From NCBI GenBank assembly GCA_964521575.1, contig CAZFSR010000001.1:368470-432469 (forward strand): a stretch of DNA of 64,000 nt, read 5' to 3'. Numbering within the stretch: position 1 is the stretch's first letter; the number at the start of each line of letters is the position of its first letter. Shown piece after piece: positions 33,845 to 42,759 of this stretch. The position numbers and the translations under genes are program-made. Source of the DNA: an uncultured Synergistaceae bacterium. Its GTDB lineage: Bacteria > Synergistota > Synergistia > Synergistales > 79-D21. Under the pieces are notes generated by a model. That model worked only from the letters and a program-made list of their open reading frames with translations, ran no database searches and had not been told where the DNA came from.

Positions 33845-35125
33845 CTAGCGTCCCAGGCTTTCGACGAAAGCTTCGATCCGGGTGCGAAGCTGTCCCTCGT
33901 CGCCGGAAGCATAGTCGGTCTCGAGAGGCAGGAAGGGAATGCCCTCGTCCTGGAGGCGCTTTCTCAATTTTTCGTTTTCCACCTGGTACGTGGTGCAGAA
34001 GCTCAGGTTCAGGCCCACGACCCCGTCCACGCCATATTCCCGGACCAGCCTGGCCACGTCGTCTGCGCGTCCCTCGTTCGGGGAGAAGCAGGCGCAGTGG
34101 ATCCGGTCGAAATAGCGGTGCGCGATCGCGTCGACCAGATCTTCGACCGTGGAGGCACCTGACGTGTCCACTCGGCTTTCGAAGTACCGTGTGCCGGTGC
34201 AGTTTTCCTCGACGACCACGGCGGCGCCGCTGGTTTCGATGATTTTGTGGACCTTCCAGTTGGGGACAACGATGGGGGTTCCGGTAACCAGAAGACGCTT
34301 CGTTCCCTCCGGGAAGATGGCCTTTCCGGTTTTGATTCTTTCTTCGCATTCCTCCGCCAGGGCGGTCGCCTGTGAAATGAAGCGATCGGCGTCGTCGTAA
34401 AACGCGACCTGGCTGGCCAGGAGCATGTCCAGCCCGCTGATGGGGACTTTCGGGGCCTTTCGGGTTTCATACAATCGCTGAAGGATGGCACGCTTCCGAT
34501 CCACCGTCTCGATGGCGGAAAGCAGCCGGTCGAAAGTGAGGCGATTGCCGGTGACTTCTTCCAGTTTTGTCACGAGATCGGTCATGGATTTCCTGAAAAG
34601 GGCAAAGCCGGCTTCACTCTTGGTGTTGGGCAGGTCCATCACGTAGGTGGGAGCCATGTCACCCAGGACTTCCCAGGCCTTCTTCTTGCCGTCGCAGGTG
34701 TTTTCCCCGACGACCAGGTCGACGGACTGGAAATAGGGGCAGGTTCTCGAGACCTTTGCCCCGATACCCGCCTTGATCAGGGGGCAGAGGTTCCGGGGAA
34801 GGACCTGTTCCCCCGCGGGCACCCAGAACTCGGAGCCGGCACACAGGCCGACCATGATCCCGTCCAGGGCCATGACGATCTCCTCGGGAACGTAGATGCA
34901 GAAACTCCCGACGATTTTTCCGCCGCGGGCCTTGTGGTCCAGCAGTTCCTGGATCCGGAGGCCGTGGACCTCGGCGATCACCATGTTGAAGTAATCCATT
35001 CCCAGGGGACGGTCCGGCTGGGTCAGGAAGACCTGTTCAAACGCGGGGGGCAGAGCGGCGCAAAGCTGGTCGTGGGTGGCCAGGTCCATGCCCAGTCCTT
35101 CCCACATCTTGTGATAATCGGCCAT
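33845..35125 (-). CDS. 2-hydroxyacyl-CoA dehydratase / benzoyl-CoA reductase family protein, single-subunit (double-cubane-cluster-protein-like)
   Basis: 426 aa from the ATG 8 nt after GAGGAGG. Multiple conserved-type Cys (GSFCIYVPEE, GLCAGSE, NLCPLIKAG, ENTCDGKKK, EENCTGTRY, HCACFSPN). Encoded in one operon with an HgdC-type activase. Confidence 0.8.
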   Translation of the reverse strand: MADYHKMWEGLGMDLATHDQLCAALPPAFEQVFLTQPDRPLGMDYFNMVIAEVHGLRIQELLDHKARGGKIVGSFCIYVPEEIVMALDGIMVGLCAGSEFWVPAGEQVLPRNLCPLIKAGIGAKVSRTCPYFQSVDLVVGENTCDGKKKAWEVLGDMAPTYVMDLPNTKSEAGFALFRKSMTDLVTKLEEVTGNRLTFDRLLSAIETVDRKRAILQRLYETRKAPKVPISGLDMLLASQVAFYDDADRFISQATALAEECEERIKTGKAIFPEGTKRLLVTGTPIVVPNWKVHKIIETSGAAVVVEENCTGTRYFESRVDTSGASTVEDLVDAIAHRYFDRIHCACFSPNEGRADDVARLVREYGVDGVVGLNLSFCTTYQVENEKLRKRLQDEGIPFLPLETDYASGDEGQLRTRIEAFVESLGR

Positions 35126-35427
35126 AAGGCAATCCTCCTCTGAAAAATCGGCAACAGGCAAGAGTTCCCGGCGGGAGTGCCGGAACGCCTGCCGTCATGT
35201 CTGAAAGCCGTTTTGCCGTAGGAGTGCCCTGGGGGGAGGGGTTGTGTCAGAAGGTACCGGAAAAGCAGGCTGGTCGATCCGGTCCTTTGGCGCCGTCCTC
35301 GCTGCCCTGGGCGATCCCCGACTGCGGTGCAGACCCTGCACCGCCCGTTCTGCAGTCTCAGTGGCGCTCCTTCCGGATCATCTCCAACCCTCCTTTCGCG
35401 GAAAAGGCTTTACTGACAAGGATGATA
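35126..35427 (-). promoter_or_regulatory. Promoter plus ~290-nt structured leader; candidate riboswitch (possibly cobalamin-like, uncertain)
   Basis: TTGCCC (35450-35445), 17-nt spacer, TATCAT (35427-35422). The leader contains AAAGGAGGGTTGGAGATGATCCGGAAGGAGCGCCACTGAGA (GCCACTG box), nested GC helices, ACCAGCCTGC and a long 3-prime hairpin followed by GATTTTT before the RBS. Confidence 0.4.
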
Positions 35428-35482
35428 AGGTATTAACCGAAAACGGGCAACGGAACAAGGCTTTAGGGAGCCGTTTCCCCCT

Positions 35483-36370
35483 TCAGGCCGTTGCCTTCCA
35501 GTGTTTGAAGCCCTTGCCGAAAACCTCCGTGGCGTCGGTCTGGATCAGGAAGGCGTTCGGGTCGTGCTCGGCCAGGAAGAGTTTCAGGTCGGCCACCTGG
35601 CGGGGCAGGAGAAGGGACATGACGATCGGGCGTTCCCTGCCCGTGTAGGCTCCCTCGCTGTGGATCACCGAAGCCCCGCGGCGGAGTTCCTCCAGGATGT
35701 ACCGCCTCACCTCGAGGTGCTTGTCGGAGATGATGAAGACCTGCACGCAGCGATCAAAGGATCGGAGCGCGCCGTCCAGGAAGGTGGAACCGGCGAACAG
35801 CATCGCCACCGCGTAAAGCGTGTTCTCGATCCCGACGATGAAGATCGCGGGGATTAGGACGAAGGAGTTGATCCAGAAGGTGAACTTTCCGATCTCCATG
35901 CCGGTCTTCCTGCGGACGATGGCGGCGAGGATGTCCGTCCCCCCCATGGACCCGCCCGCGTTGAAGACGAGTGCCCCGCTGATCCCGTTGATCGCGGCGG
36001 CCGTAAGGACGGCAAGAAGCTTGTCCTGCAGGGGCGGGGGAGGAAGCATCCTGAACAGGTCGAGCGAGCCCGAGAAGAGAAGGACCGAATAAGCGGTGAG
36101 GTACAGGAAGCGCCGCGGCAGGACCCTCCAGCCGAGGGCGAAAAGGCCGATGTTGAAGACCAGGTTGACGAGGCCGACAGGGAGCCCCAGGGTGTAGTTC
36201 AGCAGGATGGAAATGCCGGTGAACCCGGTACTGGGAAACCGGTAGGGCAGGACGAGCAACGAGATGGCCAGGGCGTAGAGAACGGTTCCGACCGTCACTC
36301 TCAGGACCCCCGGCGCCTCCCTTTTCACGGTTCTCCTGGTCAGAAGGGTCAAGCGGGTGAGAAGGCGCAT
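35483..36370 (-). CDS. YitT-family membrane protein (with DUF2179-like C-terminal domain)
   Basis: 295 aa. N-terminal 5-6 TM region with GGTDIL-type motif (GGSMGGTDILAAIV) and a soluble C-terminal domain. Confidence 0.8.
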   Translation of the reverse strand: MRLLTRLTLLTRRTVKREAPGVLRVTVGTVLYALAISLLVLPYRFPSTGFTGISILLNYTLGLPVGLVNLVFNIGLFALGWRVLPRRFLYLTAYSVLLFSGSLDLFRMLPPPPLQDKLLAVLTAAAINGISGALVFNAGGSMGGTDILAAIVRRKTGMEIGKFTFWINSFVLIPAIFIVGIENTLYAVAMLFAGSTFLDGALRSFDRCVQVFIISDKHLEVRRYILEELRRGASVIHSEGAYTGRERPIVMSLLLPRQVADLKLFLAEHDPNAFLIQTDATEVFGKGFKHWKATA

Positions 36371-36534
36371 CGGGAAACCTCCATCGCGCAGTTTTCTGGA
36401 TGCCGTACCCGTAGTTTAAGGCAAATTTGCCGTTTTGGGCCGCCGGCTTCAAGAAGGACCGTGACCAATATTGACCAAAGGTGTAAAATACCTCACCGGG
36501 AAACCGAATACAAGAACCGGGAGGTCGATTCACC

Positions 36535-38454
36535 TTGAGCGAAGGCAGGACGAAGGAACACCTTTCTTTCCAGGCGGAGGCGAAGCAGGTTCTGGACCTG
36601 ATGATCCACGCCGTCTACTCGAACAAGGATGTTTTCCTGCGGGAACTCGTCAGCAACGCCTCGGACGCGCTGGACAAACTTCGCCTGGAAGCCCTGACGA
36701 ACGACGCGTTACGGGATGCGGTCCAGGCTCCCGCGATCACGATCGAGAGGGACGTGCAAAGCCGGACCCTTTCCGTCTCCGACAACGGGATCGGCATGAC
36801 GAAGGAAGAGATGGTCCGGTTTCTCGGGACCATCGCCAAGTCCGGGACGAAGGAGTTTTTGCGGATCCTGAAGGAATCCGGTCGCGGGAACGATCCGGAA
36901 GCCCTCATCGGGCAGTTCGGTGTCGGGTTTTACGCTTCTTTCATGGTGGCGGACCGGGTGACGGTCACCAGCCGGAAGGCGGGAACGGACGAGGCCTGGA
37001 AGTGGGAATCGGAGGGCGACGGCGGTTATTCCCTGGAACCGGCCGAAAGGGCGGGCTCGGGGACGACGGTGACGCTGTCCCTCCGCCCCGCCGATGAGGA
37101 GGACGGGCTTCGGGATTACACGGACGAATGGGTCCTGAAGGAGATTGTCAGGAAATACTCGGATTTCGTGGCCTATCCCATCCGGTTCGGTGAAGAGACC
37201 CTCAACAGCATGAAGGCGATCTGGGCCCGGCCGAAATCGGAGGTCAAGGATGCCGATTACGACGAGTTCTACCGGCATGTCAGCCACGACTGGAACCCTC
37301 CCCTTAAGCGGATCGCCTGGAAGGCGGAGGGGACGGTCACCTTCGACGCGCTCCTCTTCATTCCCTCCAAGGCTCCTCTTGACCTCTTCATCCGCGACGT
37401 GGACCGAGGGCTGCAGCTCTACGTCAAGCGGGTGTTCATCAAGAGTGACTGCCGCGAGCTGCTGCCCGACTACCTCCGTTTCATCCGGGGCGTGGTGGAC
37501 AGCGAGGACCTGTCGCTCAACATGTCGAGGGAAATTCTCCAGCAGAACCGGCAGATGGAGCTGATCCAGGCGGGCCTGACCCGGCGGATCCTGTCCACCC
37601 TCGAGGAGATGCGTTCCAGTGACCCGGAAAGCTACCGGACCTTCTGGAGGGAGTTCGGGCGGGTGCTGAAGGAGGGGCTCTTCCTGGACGGGAAGAACCG
37701 CGAGAAGCTTCTCGAACTCTGCCTTTTCAAGTCCTCCATCTCCGGGGAGGAGTGGGTCACCCTGGAGGAGGCGGCCTCGCGCCTTGCCGACGGCAGGAAG
37801 GAGATCTTCTATCTCGTCGGCGAGGACCGGTCGGTGCTGGAACGGTCTCCCATCCTGGAGGCTTTCCGCTCTCGCGGGATCGAAGTCCTGTTCATGACGG
37901 ACCCGGTCGACGAAATCTGGCTCCAGGCCGTGGACGGATTCAGGGAATTCGGCCTGAGGGATGCGGGCAAGGGCGACCTGGATCTCGAAAGTGAAGCGGA
38001 GAAGGAAAAGGCCAGGGAAGTTCGTGATGCCGCCGAGAAGAGCCTGAGGCCGCTGATGGACTACCTGAAGAACCGTCTTTCCGAGCGGGTGCGGGAGGTC
38101 CGCCTATCGGGGCGCCTGACGGATTCCCCGGCATGCCTGGTCCAGGACGAAAGGGACCCGTCGCCCCAGTTTGCCCGTGTCCTGGCCTCCCTGGGTCGTG
38201 ACGTTCCGCATTCCAGGCCGGTTCTGGAACTCAACCCCGGGCATCCCATCATCAGGGGCATGTCCGACCTGTTGGAGAAAGCCCCGGCAAGCCCTGCCCT
38301 GGAGGCCTACGCAGAACTTCTCTGCGGGATGGCGGCACTGGCGGAAGGCAGCCTGCCGCAAGATGCCCCCGGTCTCTCCAGGAGGCTGGCCGAACTTCTC
38401 GAGGAGAAGGTGGGCTCGGCGAGAGATTCCAGGGTGGAAGTCTTGCCAGAATAA
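36535..38454 (+). CDS. htpG: Molecular chaperone HtpG (Hsp90)
   Basis: 639 aa with a TTG start. [37 protein letters not shown] and [18 protein letters not shown] ATPase motifs. Confidence 0.95.
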
Positions 38455-38526
38455 ACCGCTAAGGTTATATTTTGATAAAGGGAGGGGCCTGAAAGGCTCG
38501 GCCGTCATCCCAACAGGGGAGGTGTC

Positions 38527-38700
38527 GTGGGCGTGCTGACAAACCGTCATGTGGAGTGCCCGCACTGCGGGACCGAGTTCAATGTCTACCTGAACTTCAA
38601 GGAAGGCAAACTGGTCTGCCCCGGTTGTTCCAAGAATTTCGTGCCGGAATACTTCAACCTCGATTTCAAGCAGCTGGAGGAAGGTTGCAAGAAAGAATGA
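38527..38700 (+). CDS. Small zinc-ribbon protein (57 aa)
   Basis: VGVLTNRHVECPHCGTEFNVYLNFKEGKLVCPGCSKNF..., with a CxxC-x17-CxxC pattern. GGGGAGG lies 4-10 nt upstream of GTG 38527/38533, and a strong terminator follows. Not in the track, where ORF 38556..38798 is a different frame. Confidence 0.5.
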   Translation: MGVLTNRHVECPHCGTEFNVYLNFKEGKLVCPGCSKNFVPEYFNLDFKQLEEGCKKE

Positions 38701-38722
38701 CGGCAGGAAGGACAGGAAGGAA

Positions 38723-38763
38723 GGGCCCGGCCTTCGCGCGAAGGCCGGGCCCTTTTGTTTTTT
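38723..38763 (+). terminator. Intrinsic terminator after the zinc-ribbon ORF
   Basis: GGGCCCGGCCTTCG / CGAAGGCCGGGCCC, a near-perfect 13-14 bp stem, followed by TTTTGTTTTTT. Confidence 0.85.
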
Positions 38764-38775
38764 CGCCGCGGCGTG

Positions 38776-40050
38776 CTACAGGAGGTACCTCAGCGTGATG
38801 TAGATCGATGAGGCTACCAGGGTCAGGGCGGTGATGGGAATTCCCTTCCGGAGGAAGTTGCCGAAGGAGATCGGGCGACCCGCCTTCTCGGCAAGACCTG
38901 CCATGACGAGGTTGGCCGAGGCTCCCACGAGCGTCGCGTTTCCGCCGAGGCACGCGCCGAGTGAAAGGGCCCACCAGAGGGGACGGGCGTCAAGGTGGGC
39001 GAGGTTCGCCATATCCTTGACGAGCGGGATGACGGCCGCAGCGTAGGGCACGTTGTCCACGACGGCTGAAATCGCTCCCGATCCCCAAACGAGGAACATC
39101 GCCAGGATCTTGGGGTGCTCGCCGGCCGCTCCGGCAAGGAAGCGGGCGGCAATCCCGATGATGTCCAGGTGTTCCAGGGTTCCCACGAGCATGAAAAGGG
39201 TCGAGAAGAAAAGGATGGTGACCCAGTCGATCTCTTCGAGGGCGGTTTCCACCTTGACGGGGCAGATGACGAGGCCGAGGGTGGCTCCGGCCAGGGCGAT
39301 GGTTGCCGCTTCCAGGTGCAGCCATCCGTGGAGGAAGAAGGCCAGAAGGACCAGTCCTAAAACGGACAGGACCCTTACGGCCAGGGGCTTGTCGAGGTGC
39401 TTCCTGAGGGTGTGGAAACCCTCGATCAGGTCTTCGATGGGCCGGTTTTGGGAAAGTTCCCGGGCGTAGAAAAAGTGGAGACCGAGGTACATGGCTCCGA
39501 GCGAAAGGGCTGCGGCGGGTCCCACGTTCAGCAGGAAGTCGTTGAAGGACAACCCGGCGGCAGAACCGATCAGGATGTTCGGCGGATCCCCGATCAGGGT
39601 GGCGGTTCCGCCGATGTTCGAAGCGAAAACCTCCGCGAAGATGAACGGCAGGGGGTCCAGGTCGAGCGTTTCGCAAACCGCCAGCGCGACAGGGCCGATC
39701 AGGAGAACCGTGGTGACGTTGTCCAGGAAGGCGGAAACGACCGCCGTGAGAAGGGAAAGGGAAACGAGGAGCCGCCAGGGATTGCCCTTGCTCTCCCTGA
39801 TGGCGATCAGGGCGGTATACTGGATCAGCCCGGTCTGCTTGACGATCCCCACGAGGATCATCATGCCGATCAGAAGGCCGATGGTGTTGAAGTCGATGAA
39901 GCTGAAGGCGTCGTGCTGCTCGACGAGCCGCAGCAGGAGGATCCCGGAAAGGCCCACCAGGGCGGCCTTCAGGCGGTGCATGCGCTCCGTGACGATAAGG
40001 GTATAGGTGAAGACGAAAAGGCCCAAAGCACTCCATTGAGTTGCCGACAT
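38776..40050 (-). CDS. ArsB/NhaD-superfamily anion permease (CitMHS/YbiR-like)
   Basis: 424 aa from ATG 40050 (GGGAG 9 nt upstream). Motifs AFLDNVTTVLL and NIGGTATLIGDPPNI. Confidence 0.8.
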   Translation of the reverse strand: MSATQWSALGLFVFTYTLIVTERMHRLKAALVGLSGILLLRLVEQHDAFSFIDFNTIGLLIGMMILVGIVKQTGLIQYTALIAIRESKGNPWRLLVSLSLLTAVVSAFLDNVTTVLLIGPVALAVCETLDLDPLPFIFAEVFASNIGGTATLIGDPPNILIGSAAGLSFNDFLLNVGPAAALSLGAMYLGLHFFYARELSQNRPIEDLIEGFHTLRKHLDKPLAVRVLSVLGLVLLAFFLHGWLHLEAATIALAGATLGLVICPVKVETALEEIDWVTILFFSTLFMLVGTLEHLDIIGIAARFLAGAAGEHPKILAMFLVWGSGAISAVVDNVPYAAAVIPLVKDMANLAHLDARPLWWALSLGACLGGNATLVGASANLVMAGLAEKAGRPISFGNFLRKGIPITALTLVASSIYITLRYLL

Positions 40051-40318
40051 TTTTCCCGTCTCCCTTTGGCGGTCTTCCATTCGCCAGATGACGGCGTATT
40101 CTATCAGCAACGGGGACGGCATGCAATGGGATTTTGAAAAGACAACCTAATTCAGAAAAGACAGAAAAGACCGTCATTATGGCGGGGAGATGAAAGGGGG
40201 AGGTTCCCATGAACCTGCGGGGTTTCCTGTCCAAGTGCCCGCCTTGAATACTGCTTTGGGGGGGCGTGGCTCTCGCACTCGTGCTGTTGTGGATTTTTAG
40301 GGTCCTGAAGGGCTAGGG

Positions 40319-40361
40319 AAAACCGGGAAGGGGCCCGGGACCTGTCCGGGCCCCTTCCCGG
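40319..40361 (-). terminator. Intrinsic terminator after the coiled-coil protein gene
   Basis: On the minus strand: CCGGGAAGGGGCCCGG ACAG GTCCCGGGCCCCTTCCCGG TTTT. Confidence 0.75.
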
Positions 40362-40366
40362 GGACT

Positions 40367-41320
40367 TCATTTCCTGAAGAGGTAAGAATAGCGTCTCACT
40401 CCGGATTTTGGGTCCGCCGGAGGGGCGGGCTTCGGTTTTGGCGAAACGTCCTGCCTGAAACCCGCCAGGGAAAGGGCATCCTCGGCGAGAGCTTCCTCCG
40501 AGGCCTTGCCGATCAGGGCGAAGACGCGGCCGGTCGCGACCTGTATGTTTTCCCTGACCGATTCCCGCAACGTTTCGGACAGGGCCTTGATTTGCCTGTC
40601 GAGGTCGTCCGACTTCTGGAGCGCTCCACCGACCTGCTGGTAGAATTCGTTGAGGCGGCTTTCGAAATGGCTCCTGAGGTCGCGTTCGAGGGCGCCGAAC
40701 TGCGCGACGAGTTCCGACGAGATCCCCTGGAGGTCGCGACGGTCCCTGAGGAGCGCTTCCTCGAAGGATGAAAGCCGGAGGGCTTGCTCTTGAAATAGCT
40801 TTTCCACGGCCAGGAGCCTTTCTCCCGCATCCTGGGGAATCGCCCTTGTCACGGTGGCGAGCCGGTTCATCTCCAAAGCGAGGGTTTTGAGGGTTTCCTG
40901 GACCTGCTCGTTCTGTTCCACGGATTTCCTGGACCTTTCCTCGAGCCCGGCCAGAAGCTCCTTGCGGGTGGATTCGACCATGTTGCCGAAGAAGGTCAGC
41001 CGCTTTTCCTGGTCGTCCTTTCCGCTTTCGGCTTCCTGGAGAATCCGCTTGCGGGCCTCCTCCAGGGTGTCGTTCACCTCGTCCTGGACCCGGGTCATGC
41101 GCTCGTTGAGAGACATGGTGGAATCGCGCAGTGCCCGGGTTTCCGATGAGAGTCGATCCTGGGCCTCGTTCACCCGCCGATCCAGGTTCTCCTGCATGCG
41201 TGCGGCGGTTTCACGGATTTCCCGTGCGGTTTCCGAGATGCGGCTATGGCATACAAGAAGGCCCACCGCTCCGATGCCGAACAGGATGAGCAGGGTCAGC
41301 GTGTTGAACTCAAAATTCAT
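40367..41320 (-). CDS. Membrane-anchored coiled-coil protein, function unknown
   Basis: 317 aa. N-terminal TM helix (LTLLILFGIGAVGLLV), then a long heptad-like E/R/L/Q-rich region. Confidence 0.6.
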   Translation of the reverse strand: MNFEFNTLTLLILFGIGAVGLLVCHSRISETAREIRETAARMQENLDRRVNEAQDRLSSETRALRDSTMSLNERMTRVQDEVNDTLEEARKRILQEAESGKDDQEKRLTFFGNMVESTRKELLAGLEERSRKSVEQNEQVQETLKTLALEMNRLATVTRAIPQDAGERLLAVEKLFQEQALRLSSFEEALLRDRRDLQGISSELVAQFGALERDLRSHFESRLNEFYQQVGGALQKSDDLDRQIKALSETLRESVRENIQVATGRVFALIGKASEEALAEDALSLAGFRQDVSPKPKPAPPADPKSGVRRYSYLFRK

Positions 41321-41445
41321 GACCGGTGCCTCCTATACGTGTGGGATCCGTCACGAATGGTTGTTTTTTTAACAGCGTTCCTATCATAACATGCTTTTCG
41401 ATTTGGTGACCTGCTTGCCGAGTCAACTGAACATCGTTTTTTTTG

Positions 41446-42759
41446 ATGAAAGCGAGTGAAGACGGATTGGAGAACCCCAACTTGGGCCGGAACCCTGTAA
41501 ACATCCTGCTGCATTTTCTTTTCGGGCTGCTCGTCATGGCCTACTTCCTCACCTTTTTCTTCCGCGTCTCGGCTGCGGTCGTGCTGCCCCGCCTGGCTTC
41601 GGAAATGGGCATGACGGCGGGGATGACCGGTTTTGTCTCCAGCCTCTACTATTACGCCTATGCTTCGATGCAGCCCCTGTGCGGTTCCATGAACGACCGG
41701 TGGGGACCGCTGAGGGTCGTGGGAGCCGGTTTGGTTGTGACTGCGGCGGGCTCCGCGCTCTTCATGTCCGCCTCGACTCCATGGACCCTTGCGGCCGGCC
41801 GCCTTCTGACCGGGCTTGGCCTGGCGCCGATGTTCTCGGGGGCGCTCGTCTACCAGGCCACCGCCTTCCCGGCTCATCGCTACGCTTTCTACTCATCGGT
41901 CACGATCGCCATCGGAAACCTTGGAGCCGTCGTTTCCGTCGGGCCTCTCGGAGCGGCGATCGACCGATGGGGCCGCGCTTCCGTCTTCCTTGCCCTCTCG
42001 GTTGCCAGCCTTGGCCTGGCCGGCATTCTTTTCGCAAAGGCAAAATCGGATCCCGTGAGGCAGTCGGTGAGTGGAGGACGCCGGAGCGGGATTCCTTTTA
42101 CGGCACACCTCCGTGCGGGTTTTTCAGCCCTCCTGTCTTCGAGGGAATGCCGGTGCCTTACGGTGCTTTGGGGTGTCTCCGTCGCAGCCATGCTGGCCTT
42201 CCAGGGCCTCTGGTCCGTAACCTGGTACCAGACCGCGTACGGGGTCGAGGCCTCAACCGCCCGGAATTGGGCGAGTGCCGTCGGCATCGGGATCATGATG
42301 GGGACACTATTGGGAGGCCGTTTCTCCGAGGGGCCCGGGGGGCGGATGAAAGCCATCGGGCTGGGGTTGTCCCTGAATCTCGGGGCCTGGCTGGCTCTGT
42401 GGGCCGGAATTGTCCTTCGCCTCCCCCTGGCGTTGACCGGAAGTCTCGGTTTCCTTCTCGGCGGGGCCACCGGTTTTCTCGTCGTCCATTTCGCTTCCGC
42501 CCTCAACGAGATGACGCCCCGCTCGAGGGCCGGATCCGTGCTGGGGGTGGTCAACATGCTGGTCATGGTGAGCGTGATCCTCTTCCAATGGGGTACCGGC
42601 AGCATCCTGGGACTATTCCCCGGACCGGGAGCCGGTTCCTATTCCTCCTTCGGATTCCTGGTGACGTTCGGGGTGGTGATCGGCCTTGTGGCGGCAAGCG
42701 CTATTGCGCTCCGGGGCATGCGGGGTTTTCCGGAAGCGGTGAAGAGGGCATCGGAATGA
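41446..42759 (+). CDS. MFS transporter
   Basis: About 437 aa with 12 predicted TM segments and an MFS loop motif GSMNDRWGPLRV between TM2 and TM3. The stop overlaps the next gene start (ATGA). Confidence 0.8.
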   Translation: MKASEDGLENPNLGRNPVNILLHFLFGLLVMAYFLTFFFRVSAAVVLPRLASEMGMTAGMTGFVSSLYYYAYASMQPLCGSMNDRWGPLRVVGAGLVVTAAGSALFMSASTPWTLAAGRLLTGLGLAPMFSGALVYQATAFPAHRYAFYSSVTIAIGNLGAVVSVGPLGAAIDRWGRASVFLALSVASLGLAGILFAKAKSDPVRQSVSGGRRSGIPFTAHLRAGFSALLSSRECRCLTVLWGVSVAAMLAFQGLWSVTWYQTAYGVEASTARNWASAVGIGIMMGTLLGGRFSEGPGGRMKAIGLGLSLNLGAWLALWAGIVLRLPLALTGSLGFLLGGATGFLVVHFASALNEMTPRSRAGSVLGVVNMLVMVSVILFQWGTGSILGLFPGPGAGSYSSFGFLVTFGVVIGLVAASAIALRGMRGFPEAVKRASE

